Shown: one piece after another, positions 47,459 to 56,227 of the stretch
How positions within the stretch are numbered: position 1 is the first letter of the stretch
Layout: each line of letters begins with the position of its first letter
Virus genome (UHGV): UHGV-0145886
Source of the DNA: a virus
DNA length: 64,000 nt
Direction: 5' to 3' (one strand)
Made by a program: the position numbers and the translations under genes
The notes under the pieces: model-generated
What the model saw: only the letters and a program-made list of their open reading frames with translations
What the model was told of the DNA's origin: nothing
Database searches by the model: none

Positions 47459-47800
47459 TTACATTTTTCTTTCGTATAATGGGATTTTCTGAATCTTATT
47501 ATACTGATAATAAATATTCTTTATAGAGTTACGACAAATTTCCGCATTAAAATTTTCAACGATATCAAAACGTTCTTGAAGGCTGTCAACTTTTGTAGTG
47601 AGATTGTCAAGAGTTCCCTTAATCTCTGTTATCTCTTTTGTTTGTTTTTCATCGCTCTTCCTTATTTCTTCTGAGTGCTCATCAAACAATTTTTTAAAAT
47701 GCTTGTTTTGGAACTTAGTTACGATTCCAATAGCACTCACAACACTAAGGATGACCCCCAGCAAAGAGCCAATATCTTTTACCACATCAAAAAAATCCAA
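47459..47800 (-). CDS. Holin-like/lysis-associated membrane protein (possibly C-terminally truncated)
   Basis: N-terminal TM, coiled coil, RNSIKNIYY.Y...IPLYE. Confidence 0.55.
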   Translation of the reverse strand: MDFFDVVKDIGSLLGVILSVVSAIGIVTKFQNKHFKKLFDEHSEEIRKSDEKQTKEITEIKGTLDNLTTKVDSLQERFDIVENFNAEICRNSIKNIYYQYNKIQKIPLYERKM

Positions 47801-47853
47801 CTACTTTCCCCCCTTCTTCGGGTCTCCGTAGTTAAGTAGTAAAAAATCACCGA

Positions 47854-48249
47854 CTATATTCTATTTTCATGCTTTCGCCACAAATCATCATTATGCCAAA
47901 TTGACTGAACTTCAAATTTCTGTTGGAAAATGTCTCGACTTGAGGTTAATCTGTCCAACTCCCAATATGGAATACGATAAAGTCGAAGATTGTGAGTGAG
48001 CGCATATTCGTTCTTTTGTCGATCATGTCCTTTCGTTTTAAGAAAATCTCGTTGAGTTTTCTGAAAGAGAGAAACTCGCTGAAAGTGCTGCTCGCCGTCA
48101 TATTCAATCAAAACCCCCAATGCGGGCAAGTAAAAATCGTAACGATAACGACCACCGCGCAAGTCAGCGAACTCTTTCTCTCTCTCAAATTTTAATCCAC
48201 CTTTTCGAAGCAAATTAATAATAACTTGCTCACCCTTCGAGGTCTTCAT
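47854..48249 (-). CDS. Vsr/DUF559-like PD-(D/E)XK endonuclease
   Basis: SKGE..I, RYDFYLP...IEYDGEQHF, D..KN.Y....L.RIPYW. Confidence 0.85.
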   Translation of the reverse strand: MKTSKGEQVIINLLRKGGLKFEREKEFADLRGGRYRYDFYLPALGVLIEYDGEQHFQRVSLFQKTQRDFLKTKGHDRQKNEYALTHNLRLYRIPYWELDRLTSSRDIFQQKFEVQSIWHNDDLWRKHENRI

Positions 48250-48523
48250 GTAGCTTATCTCCGATTAAACTATTAACATAATCAACAAACTGATCACGAA
48301 CCTGCTTAAGCTGTTCTATGGTGAATGTTTTAAGAGATGAACCTTTGGGCAAATAGATTAGATTATCAATATTCTCTGATTGAAGAGCGTACATATGTTC
48401 AAGTTCAGCCATATTTAAATCATTAATATCATAGTAGACAACATGGAAGCGCTCATCTTTTCCTCTCTTATATCCAAGGTCATATGCCGTTTCAGTTGAA
48501 CTGAAAACTTCTCTATTACTCAT
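48230..48523 (-). CDS. Hypothetical protein
   Basis: Coupled ORF (TAATG). Confidence 0.6.
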   Translation of the reverse strand: MSNREVFSSTETAYDLGYKRGKDERFHVVYYDINDLNMAELEHMYALQSENIDNLIYLPKGSSLKTFTIEQLKQVRDQFVDYVNSLIGDKLHEDLEG

Positions 48524-49641
48524 TATATATTACCTCCAAATACTTTATCCCAAGTACAATCTTTTATTGTTAAGTCGTCTCGAAAATCAACCAGTTTTGC
48601 ATGACGAAGACCATTAGTTCCTTCCATGACCTCCATACAACTTACCTCAATGCATCGACCCTTGTATTTGTCCGGATTCGACTTTATTTCCTCAGTGAGA
48701 TTACTTAAAAGTCCAATAGGTACAACCTTATCTCCTTTAACCACGCCTATCTCTAACGATGCAGCCCAGTCATAATAATAACCTTTTGTAACAGGTTCAA
48801 TAAGTCCATACTTCCAATAATCTGTATAATGATCTCCCTCGAGAAGTCTTTCATCAGTTTTAGAATTAACCCAATATTTCCAAGATTCAACTTCTTTTCC
48901 AGTATAAATCTTGGTTGGACGGGTAAAATGTCCTGTAAAGAAACAGTCAATAGTCTGATTTATTTCTTTCTTTATTTTAATCGTCTGCCGCGCAGGTGTA
49001 CGTTTTTCATATATAGGACAATATTTATTGGTTATAACTGCGCCTTCACGACCTGACTCAAGATACTCCCCAATCTTATCCCAAAGCTCTGCACCTCTAT
49101 AATAAGTTGCATACTCAACATAGGGAATACTACCAAGGGTCTCAGGCAGTTTATTTACCGCTTCAAAACGCTTCTCGGCAGGACGCTGCATCCAACTCTT
49201 ACCATCCCACGCGCAAATATCAAATATATAAAAATGAAGCTTCTTTCCTGCTTCCTGTCGAGCAAGACACTTATCTTTAAGGCAACCAAGCAAAGAGGTA
49301 ACTTTTCTTGAGCCCTCATCACCCGGCAAATAAGCTTCACAAAGAAGCACTGTTCCGTTTGGAAGAGCCTCCATCAAAGACTGAACCTGCGGCACCCACT
49401 CAATCTTGTCAACAGCTTCTCCTTTGACATTATGATTACGCGCAATCATCATCACATTACCATCTTCATCTTTGCAGAGACGCTGGAAAAAGCCATCTAC
49501 TTTTAATGCCCCATAGTAGTCTCCCGAAAAAATAAGATTCTTAATCTCCTGTGCTTTATCATGTGCATAATTTTTGGGAAAGCTCCAATACTTCATTGCC
49601 TCTATATTGCGAAAATCAATGCCATCTACGTATCCGTACAT
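48523..49641 (-). CDS. ATP-dependent DNA ligase
   Basis: KVDG adenylation motif, E.Y, FYIFDI, EG.V, IKIK, LRHAK..FRDD. Confidence 0.88.
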   Translation of the reverse strand: MYGYVDGIDFRNIEAMKYWSFPKNYAHDKAQEIKNLIFSGDYYGALKVDGFFQRLCKDEDGNVMMIARNHNVKGEAVDKIEWVPQVQSLMEALPNGTVLLCEAYLPGDEGSRKVTSLLGCLKDKCLARQEAGKKLHFYIFDICAWDGKSWMQRPAEKRFEAVNKLPETLGSIPYVEYATYYRGAELWDKIGEYLESGREGAVITNKYCPIYEKRTPARQTIKIKKEINQTIDCFFTGHFTRPTKIYTGKEVESWKYWVNSKTDERLLEGDHYTDYWKYGLIEPVTKGYYYDWAASLEIGVVKGDKVVPIGLLSNLTEEIKSNPDKYKGRCIEVSCMEVMEGTNGLRHAKLVDFRDDLTIKDCTWDKVFGGNI

Positions 49642-49790
49642 CTTTTTTCTCCTTTCGAAATTCCTTTTATATTATTATATATTATATTATATATATTATA
49701 TTATATACAATAAAATTACAAATTTTTACTTACTATTTTTTTTACAATAATACCTACAATGCAGTTTTACCACCGTGCAAACCGATCTAC

Positions 49791-50327
49791 TCATGCGTGT
49801 GCGCTATCCTCAAAAAGAGAAGCCAAAAAATCGACAGCTTTCTCTCTTAGCTCGTCTATCGTTCCATTATTCTCAATTATCACATCGTACTGATAGTTAA
49901 GTACCTCGCTATCTGCATGGTTTGAAGTTTCTTCAAACTCCACACTTGCGCGCCTTACGAGTAAAGTCGTAGCCCCGTACATCTCTTTTAACCTCTGTAT
50001 TTCCTTTGGTTCTCTTACGTCAACAAATAAAACAACTCTATCTGCCAACGAATCGCCGCAAGTGAAAGTTTCTTGAATTTGCTGAACTTTTTCTTGAATC
50101 TTCTTCATCGGAATATCATCCCAAGTTGTCAACAAATCCTTCAAATCACTTAGAAATTTACGATTCTCTGGCGTTTTCTCACCATTCCAGCCACACTGCT
50201 GCGCGATTGTCTTTACATAATCAATCGATGAGTAAATATAACAATGCGCACGACCTAATCCCATGCATAAAGATTCAAATGTCGATTTGCCGCTTGTCGG
50301 CTTACCATTAACTACTACTATTTTCAA
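49791..50327 (-). CDS. Deoxynucleoside monophosphate kinase-like protein
   Basis: NGKPTSGKST, WNGEK...RKFL, DVRE..E, NHAD, YD.IIENNGT. Confidence 0.85.
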   Translation of the reverse strand: MKIVVVNGKPTSGKSTFESLCMGLGRAHCYIYSSIDYVKTIAQQCGWNGEKTPENRKFLSDLKDLLTTWDDIPMKKIQEKVQQIQETFTCGDSLADRVVLFVDVREPKEIQRLKEMYGATTLLVRRASVEFEETSNHADSEVLNYQYDVIIENNGTIDELREKAVDFLASLFEDSAHA

Positions 50328-50737
50328 CTTTCAGAATCCTCCTTGTGATAACAAAAGAACTCGTTATAAATTCTTTCATAAAGATTAAATCCATCTTTCT
50401 CATAGATATAGCCATAAGCATTTTGAGTAAATTCAAGCATATTATTTATTTTATTACTGTAGTAATCTGTCTTTGCGTCTCGAGGAGATTCACGAATTAG
50501 GTCTCCACGCTTGGCATATCTTTTTAATTTCCAAAACTTATAGGGAGACATAGCTACATGAACTTTACATTCTCTATTAATATTACTGCAAAGTATACCT
50601 TGGATAAAAATAAATCTATCTTTCTTATTTTTCCAATCAATTTTTCCTAAATATATGTCGCCATCTTCTCGATAAAAGCCTTGAAGATTTGCCATTACAG
50701 CAAGACATACATTATTATATAGTATTTCGTCTAACAT
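50324..50737 (-). CDS. Hypothetical protein
   Basis: AGGAG RBS and promoter upstream. Confidence 0.6.
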   Translation of the reverse strand: MLDEILYNNVCLAVMANLQGFYREDGDIYLGKIDWKNKKDRFIFIQGILCSNINRECKVHVAMSPYKFWKLKRYAKRGDLIRESPRDAKTDYYSNKINNMLEFTQNAYGYIYEKDGFNLYERIYNEFFCYHKEDSES

Positions 50738-50887
50738 AAATTAACTCCTTTTATATATATTATTTTGTCTTACTTTCTATATATATTATACTAAAAAAGA
50801 AGATAAACTTCAAATTTTCTGCTAATTCCATATCAACTTTGCTTAAAATCCACTTATAAATGAAACCTAAGAAAGGAGGTTGTATAA

Positions 50888-51172
50888 ATGGAAATGATTA
50901 CACTTATACTTACTATGAGCACTGTCTTGTGGTATGTAATCGACCGACTCAAGGCTGTCTGGAGTGATCTAAGCTTTGGCAAGTATATCACCATGGTTAT
51001 TGCCACAGCAGGTTCTTTTGCTCTTGCGTTCAGCTTCAAGCTTGACCTCATCTATGCTCTCGAACTTGTTGAGAACATAACTCCTGCGGGCGAAGTCCTC
51101 ACCGCTCTTGTTCTGATGTCAGGTTCCAGTGCGGTATCCGAGATTATAACTCGAATCAAAGGCGAACAGTAA
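50888..51172 (+). CDS. Holin-like small membrane protein
   Basis: About three hydrophobic helices, G.VLTAL..SGSS.V.E; AGGAGG RBS; terminator follows. Confidence 0.7.
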   Translation: MEMITLILTMSTVLWYVIDRLKAVWSDLSFGKYITMVIATAGSFALAFSFKLDLIYALELVENITPAGEVLTALVLMSGSSAVSEIITRIKGEQ

Positions 51173-51177
51173 AATTA

Positions 51178-51215
51178 GGGTGCGCTCATCATTGATGGGC
51201 GCACTTCTTCTTTCT
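51178..51215 (+). terminator. Rho-independent terminator
   Basis: GGGTGCGCTCATC-ATT-GATGGGCGCACTT then CTTCTTT. Confidence 0.7.
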
Positions 51216-51327
51216 AAAATTTGAAAAGAAGAAAAAAATTTGGTATACTTGATATAGAAAGGGATAAAACAGGATTTGGCGATTATGCCTTTTATAATTA
51301 TTGAAAGTAATGGAGGAAAAAGGATTA

Positions 51328-52305
51328 ATGGATAATGAGAAAATTCTTGAGTTTGGTTCAAAAGATAACTACCAAGTAAAGACTACTGTTGATGGTGCTA
51401 CAGACGAGATGGATGAAGTGCCTGATGAGATTGCGGCGATGGCTAATCTTGGTTCTTTTCTTGCTCTTGACGATGAGCGTTTTGCAATATTGGCTCCTGT
51501 CGTTCTTGAACAACTCGAGCGCAGCCTACAAAACACTAATGTGCGCCGCTCTCTCTATATTAACTTTATTTCCAGTGGTGGGGATATGGATAATATCAGA
51601 GATTTCTATTCAGGACTTATTAGTGCCATCGAAGAAGAAATGGGCGAGTTAAACGAACAAAAGAAAGATTTCCTTAAAGTTATGGTTAGCCTTATGATAA
51701 ATGGAATTGAGACGGCTGGCGCAGAATCAGAACGTCTTATAATGATTCCAATTGAGCGACTCAATGATAATGTAAAAATACCCACCTACGCGCATGATAC
51801 CGATGCAGGCATGGATGTCTATGCTCTTGATGATTATACGATTGCGCCCGGTGAGACAAAATTGATTCCAACAGGTTTTAAGATTGCAATACCTGCTGGC
51901 TATGAACTGCAAGTGCGTCCCAAAAGTGGAAGATGCTTAAAGACGAAGCTTCGTATAGCCAATACACCGGGGACGATTGATGCAGGCTATCGCGATGAGG
52001 TTGGCATTATCGTAGAAAATGTAGAGTCTCCTATCATGGATATTGCGTATGAGTTCGATGCAAATGGACGACCTATTATTACATCAATTCTTCATGGCGC
52101 ATCATACACAATTGGTAAAGGTGAAAAATTTGCACAGTTGGTACTAAGTGCTGTTCCCAAAGCAACTTTTAAGGAAGTTTCTAAGATAACAGAAGCTGGC
52201 GACAGGAAAGGAGGATTTGGTTCGAGTTCAATCTATGCCAAAGACGATAGTCGTTACGGTTCTGACCTCGGAGGCAACGACTCCCGTGAGCAAAATAAAA
52301 ATTGA
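51328..52305 (+). CDS. dut: Trimeric dUTPase with long N-terminal extension
   Basis: AGMD, IPTG, RPKSG, GTIDAGYRDE, AQL, RKGGFGSS. Confidence 0.92.
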   Translation: MDNEKILEFGSKDNYQVKTTVDGATDEMDEVPDEIAAMANLGSFLALDDERFAILAPVVLEQLERSLQNTNVRRSLYINFISSGGDMDNIRDFYSGLISAIEEEMGELNEQKKDFLKVMVSLMINGIETAGAESERLIMIPIERLNDNVKIPTYAHDTDAGMDVYALDDYTIAPGETKLIPTGFKIAIPAGYELQVRPKSGRCLKTKLRIANTPGTIDAGYRDEVGIIVENVESPIMDIAYEFDANGRPIITSILHGASYTIGKGEKFAQLVLSAVPKATFKEVSKITEAGDRKGGFGSSSIYAKDDSRYGSDLGGNDSREQNKN

Positions 52306-53041
52306 GGAAATTCGTGCGGAGCTTGAACAAGAGAAATGGAGTCTTATTTCTAATTCATACAAGAATTTGGATAGTGAGCTAATTGTCGAGTGTCCCGAAG
52401 GACATCGCGTATATTCAACTTGGAAAAAGCTCCGCGTTAAGAAAGAGTGTCCTGTTTGTAAGCAGAATATTTTTACTGATAGAACAACAAAAATAATCCC
52501 AAAAAAGAAAGATATTTATCGTGTTTTGGCACTCGATCAAGCAACTTATGTAAGTGGATTTAGTATATATGATGATAAAAAATTAATTCGATATGGTATT
52601 TTTGAAACTGCGTTGACCGAAGAAATAGCACGTGATGATGCTATACGAAAATGGCTTATTTCAATGATAACAAATTGGAAACCAGACCTTGTTGCAATAG
52701 AGGATATCCAGATGCAGCAGCTTGGAGGAAAACAAGTTTATGGAAGTGATAATGTCGTTGGAATCCAGACTTTCAAAACTCTTGCTCATCTCCAAGGAAT
52801 ATTGATGGAAACTTGCTATGAGATGGGCATAGATTTTCTTCTTTGTCCCACACCTACATGGCGCGCGCACTGCCAAGTTAAGGGTAAGACACGTGCTGAT
52901 AAAAAGAGATCACTTCAACTTTTGGTGAAGGAATGGTTTGACGTTTCTGTTACAGAGGACGAAGCTGACGCGATTGGTATCGGCAAATATGCGAGTGAAA
53001 CTCACACTGCGCGCAAGGTTGAATGGCAAGACTGGGAATAA
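52286..53041 (+). CDS. RuvC-like Holliday junction resolvase with N-terminal zinc finger
   Basis: CPEGH...CPVC; LALDQAT, AIEDI, DEADAIGI; GTG start after GGAGG. Confidence 0.85.
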   Translation: MSKIKIEEIRAELEQEKWSLISNSYKNLDSELIVECPEGHRVYSTWKKLRVKKECPVCKQNIFTDRTTKIIPKKKDIYRVLALDQATYVSGFSIYDDKKLIRYGIFETALTEEIARDDAIRKWLISMITNWKPDLVAIEDIQMQQLGGKQVYGSDNVVGIQTFKTLAHLQGILMETCYEMGIDFLLCPTPTWRAHCQVKGKTRADKKRSLQLLVKEWFDVSVTEDEADAIGIGKYASETHTARKVEWQDWE

Positions 53042-53113
53042 ATGTCCCGAATTTTGTATAAAATTTAAGACAAATAAAAAGAAGAAGGCCGACTATTGCC
53101 GACCTTCTCTTTC

Positions 53114-53425
53114 TTACTTATTCATTTTATAGATATCTTGCATCATTTTAATGCGGGCAGTCTCATGGATATAATCCTCTTTAAAATCGTTCCACATTTC
53201 AACGAGTGCTTCAGGCGGAGATTTTGTCTTTTTAAAATCTTCTATTAATTTTACCATTTGAGCGTAGAGTTCGCTTGCGTGACCACATTCTTCTGTGGAG
53301 AGTTTGTAATAGGTATCGGCTAATTCGGAATAATCCGATCGATACCGTGTCGCGCAACAAATGTACTTCTCTGCATCTTCAAACTCTTCTTCTATCTGCT
53401 TTCTAAGATGAAGTATAATCTTCAT
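53114..53425 (-). CDS. Ferritin-like four-helix protein
   Basis: EEFEDAEKY...LSTEECGHA (ExxH). Confidence 0.65.
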   Translation of the reverse strand: MKIILHLRKQIEEEFEDAEKYICCATRYRSDYSELADTYYKLSTEECGHASELYAQMVKLIEDFKKTKSPPEALVEMWNDFKEDYIHETARIKMMQDIYKMNK

Positions 53426-53426
53426 A

Positions 53427-53843
53427 TTACGCCAACCTCGTTATAGTAATTGCCGCATTTGAATAAGTTGCTTCTACGCCAGTATTTTCGACCGTCAAAG
53501 TCAGGGGAGAGTTTGACTGAATAGCGCAACAATTGGGGAGGACTTGTACAATTGCGGTAAAGCTTAAATTTCCAATGTCGGTTGCTGCTGTTGAGTTAGA
53601 GGTTGATATGGCTCCGGGAATTGCAGAACCGTTGCCATTTAATTGTACCGTAACATTACCAGTAGCAGTCGCCGCGGCACTTGCATTAAAGTGTACCATA
53701 TAATATCCGGGGCGTTTAAGCTGAATTGAAGGGGTGCCCGCGGAATGTGACACAGTACAGCCGGTTAGAACACTGTTGACGTTAAAGTTTAGATTAGAAT
53801 TTGCAGCTGCTGTTTGGGCGGTAATTGAATACGTATAAAGCAT
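53427..53843 (-). CDS. BclA-C/C1q-like beta-sandwich protein
   Basis: PGYY.V.F.......V.VQL..NG..IPGA...; NAAITITRL. Confidence 0.65.
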   Translation of the reverse strand: MLYTYSITAQTAAANSNLNFNVNSVLTGCTVSHSAGTPSIQLKRPGYYMVHFNASAAATATGNVTVQLNGNGSAIPGAISTSNSTAATDIGNLSFTAIVQVLPNCCAIQSNSPLTLTVENTGVEATYSNAAITITRLA

Positions 53844-53864
53844 TTCGGTCTTACCTCCCTAAGG

Positions 53865-55502
53865 TTATGCAGAGTAGCAGCTACCACAGGTGCTACCAAG
53901 AGTAGGTGTAGGGCCTACTGATGTGTAAGGTGAGCAAGCAAGATATGCCGGAACGGGGCAGGGACGAAGTGCATTAATGAGAGTAGCATTCTGAGTCTGC
54001 TGAGAGAGCTGGAATCTTGCAGTTTGGAGATCACGGTCGGTATCGGCGAGTTTATCGCGGAGGGCCTGAGTTGTGTTCTCATTAATAAGCGCACGAGTCA
54101 GTGCTCCCTCATTGTGTATTGCAGTCGTAATCTCGCAAGTGTTTTTGTAGTTCTCTGCTCTGACGTTATCCACGTTGCGGTTGATCTCGCAGCAGCAGTT
54201 CTGTTGGGCGAATCTGTTGTCAGCAAGTGCGGACTGGACGCCGAAGAAACCATCCTTTAGACTGTTATTGGTTGCATAGAAACCATCACAGATTCCATTG
54301 GTAATTCCGCGCAGTTGGCTGTTGATGTCTTGATTGTTGAAGCCTTCGAAGAGATCGGAGCGGGTAAGGGCACCCTGCATCGCAGCATCTCCATTGCGGT
54401 TCCAACCATTAGCGCCGAACATCCACATCCAGACGAGATAAATAAACTTTATGTTACGAAGTAATCGTTTCCATTACTTCTCTTTATATCACTATAAAGA
54501 ACAGACTATATCTTCTTCTCCATTGAGAAGCCTTGCGCTTCCATTTAAGGGAATTTTACCCGTTCACTTGAGCCGTACTCCTATTGCCGTATTTCACGGC
54601 TTAGCTATTATTTTATTTAAGGATGATTAATAGCATCAGGATAGTCGTTGAACCTTTCATCTTTTGATGACTTGGCTGCTGATTGTCTTTATAAGAGTTC
54701 CCAGCAATTCACAAGGTATCATTTAAGCATCACTGCTTAAAGCCCCATTATTTACCATTTGTAGAGTAATATAATCTTTACTTGTTTGCTTTTTGGAAAA
54801 GTCATGATACTGTTTTAGCACTTCATAATCTTTTCGATAAATCCACTGATAACCTCTATATGAAAAGTGCTTTCTACCATCATATTCTTTTCCTCTCCAA
54901 AAGTTTAGACATTTTAGAACCGATGAAGTACCACCATCTACGCTCTTCGCGGCAGCAATGCTACTTTCATAAGTACCAACTATTTCGCCTTGTGCATTTA
55001 ATTGAAGAATATAATCGATAAAGCGTGGTGCTTCTTTGCCTTTTACGCCATACATTGGATTGTCCTCGCCATTTTGGCTACTTCCTCCAGTGTTTTGATT
55101 AAACCCTTTTTTATAGCTATCAAAAAGATTAATATAAAAAATTTCTCTTTCATCGAGCTTGCTTTTAGGACACTGTTCTAAAATTTCATAAACAAAGCTA
55201 TCTTCACCATATTTGTCATAGGTTCTCTGCATATGTTTATTATAATGCACACCCTGCTTTAATTCTCTTCTATGGGTTGCCCAACGACGAGAGATAGCAG
55301 TACTTTGTCCTATATAAACTTCTTGAGTGGCTAAACAAGTAATTTTATAAATGCCAGTCATTTTCCTCACCTCATAAAACAAGTGGGAAAATGATGAACA
55401 AACTCTAAAAATTTAGGTCTTTTGTTTAGGATTGTTCATCCAGTTGTTCTCATCGTTCTTTGATAGGGCCATTACATCTGCTGCAGATAATCCATCTGTC
55501 AT
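53865..55502 (-). CDS. Intron-split gene (exon 1 55428-55502, exon 2 53865-54446), conserved Cys-rich coiled-coil phage protein
   Basis: GGAGG RBS; spliced frame MTDGLSAADVMALSKNDENNWMNNP|FIYLVWMWMFG...AQQNCCCE...LSQQTQN...LRPCPVPAY. Confidence 0.85.
54447..55427 (-). mobile_element. Group I intron (IA-like), 981 nt, with homing endonuclease in the P1 loop
   Basis: Exon ends U, intron ends G; P AAUUGCUGGGAA, Q AAUCAGCAG, R GUUCAACGACUA, S AAGAUAUAGUC; P3 CCUUGUG/CGCAAGG; P7 GACUA/UAGUC; IGS UGGGG pairs UCCU|A; P10 GGUAAAUAA/UUAUUUAUC. Confidence 0.92.
54723..55361 (-). CDS. GIY-YIG homing endonuclease with NUMOD-type C-terminal domains
   Basis: MTGIYKIT...VYIGQS...RRW..H; ERE..YI; GEDNPMYG; GAGGTGAGG RBS. 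Confidence 0.9.
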   Translation of the reverse strand: MTGIYKITCLATQEVYIGQSTAISRRWATHRRELKQGVHYNKHMQRTYDKYGEDSFVYEILEQCPKSKLDEREIFYINLFDSYKKGFNQNTGGSSQNGEDNPMYGVKGKEAPRFIDYILQLNAQGEIVGTYESSIAAAKSVDGGTSSVLKCLNFWRGKEYDGRKHFSYRGYQWIYRKDYEVLKQYHDFSKKQTSKDYITLQMVNNGALSSDA

Positions 55503-55551
55503 ATTGTTTATACCTCCAGTATTAAATTATTTTTTATCCCTTATAAAGGGA

Positions 55552-55719
55552 TTATCTTAATTGCTGAATGAAGTTTAAACCAGCAGAGATATCGGCTTCT
55601 GACATACCTTGCGCGCGAGCCTGTTGAACAAGTTGTACCAGAACTTGATCCGGCAAACGCGAGGCCATTTCAGTGAATTGCCGCTGGTTTATTTGAGGGA
55701 GATTTGGATTAAAATTCAT
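55552..55719 (-). CDS. Small Gln-rich protein (55 aa)
   Basis: Not in the track; AGGAGG RBS; MNFNPNLPQINQRQF...LVQQARAQGMSEADI. Confidence 0.7.
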   Translation of the reverse strand: MNFNPNLPQINQRQFTEMASRLPDQVLVQLVQQARAQGMSEADISAGLNFIQQLR

Positions 55720-56089
55720 TTGTCTTTTTACCTCCTATCTTCTTTTCAATCGAATCTAATCGCGCGCATACAGAATCAAACTTAGAGGAGAATTGGGAGA
55801 GATCAAAACTTGAGGATGTTTGCTCTGTAACAGGCGGCCGCGGTGTAGGTTCAGCTTGTTTTCCCTCATAAGGAGTCATACGGTAGGTAAGAAAAATTGG
55901 ATTACCGTTTTGGAGAGCTTTGATGTAAAGAAGCCCCTCGTTTGCGCAATAGGCAAAAGACAAACCTGCGCCTATTGGTATATTTGCAACTTCAAGAGAG
56001 TTATTTATCATATAGACGCTCCCTTGTGGTTGCGGGAAAAGTTGCGCTGGTGTTGTAGGTGTGTAGTGTGGTAAATATTGATTAGCCAT
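55709..56089 (-). CDS. Pro/Gln-rich protein, first gene of the five-gene cassette
   Basis: AGGAGG RBS; N-terminal P/Q-rich segment, LYIK...NG, C-terminal coiled coil. Confidence 0.7.
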   Translation of the reverse strand: MANQYLPHYTPTTPAQLFPQPQGSVYMINNSLEVANIPIGAGLSFAYCANEGLLYIKALQNGNPIFLTYRMTPYEGKQAEPTPRPPVTEQTSSSFDLSQFSSKFDSVCARLDSIEKKIGGKKTNEF

Positions 56090-56227
56090 TTTTTAACCTC
56101 CTTTTTCACCTTTCACTATTAAGTAGCATTATTTTAAAAGGAAATAACCCTTTTCGTACCTCGGAGACAAAGTTCTCTGTTTTGTACAAAAAGGGTTATT
56201 TCTTTTTATGCAATTTTCACAAGAAAT

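Noticed and set aside
47785..47856. Functional readthrough of the TAG ending the Vsr-like endonuclease
   Set aside because: The domain appears complete before the TAG, and the extension would be ~20 unremarkable residues across a promoter motif.
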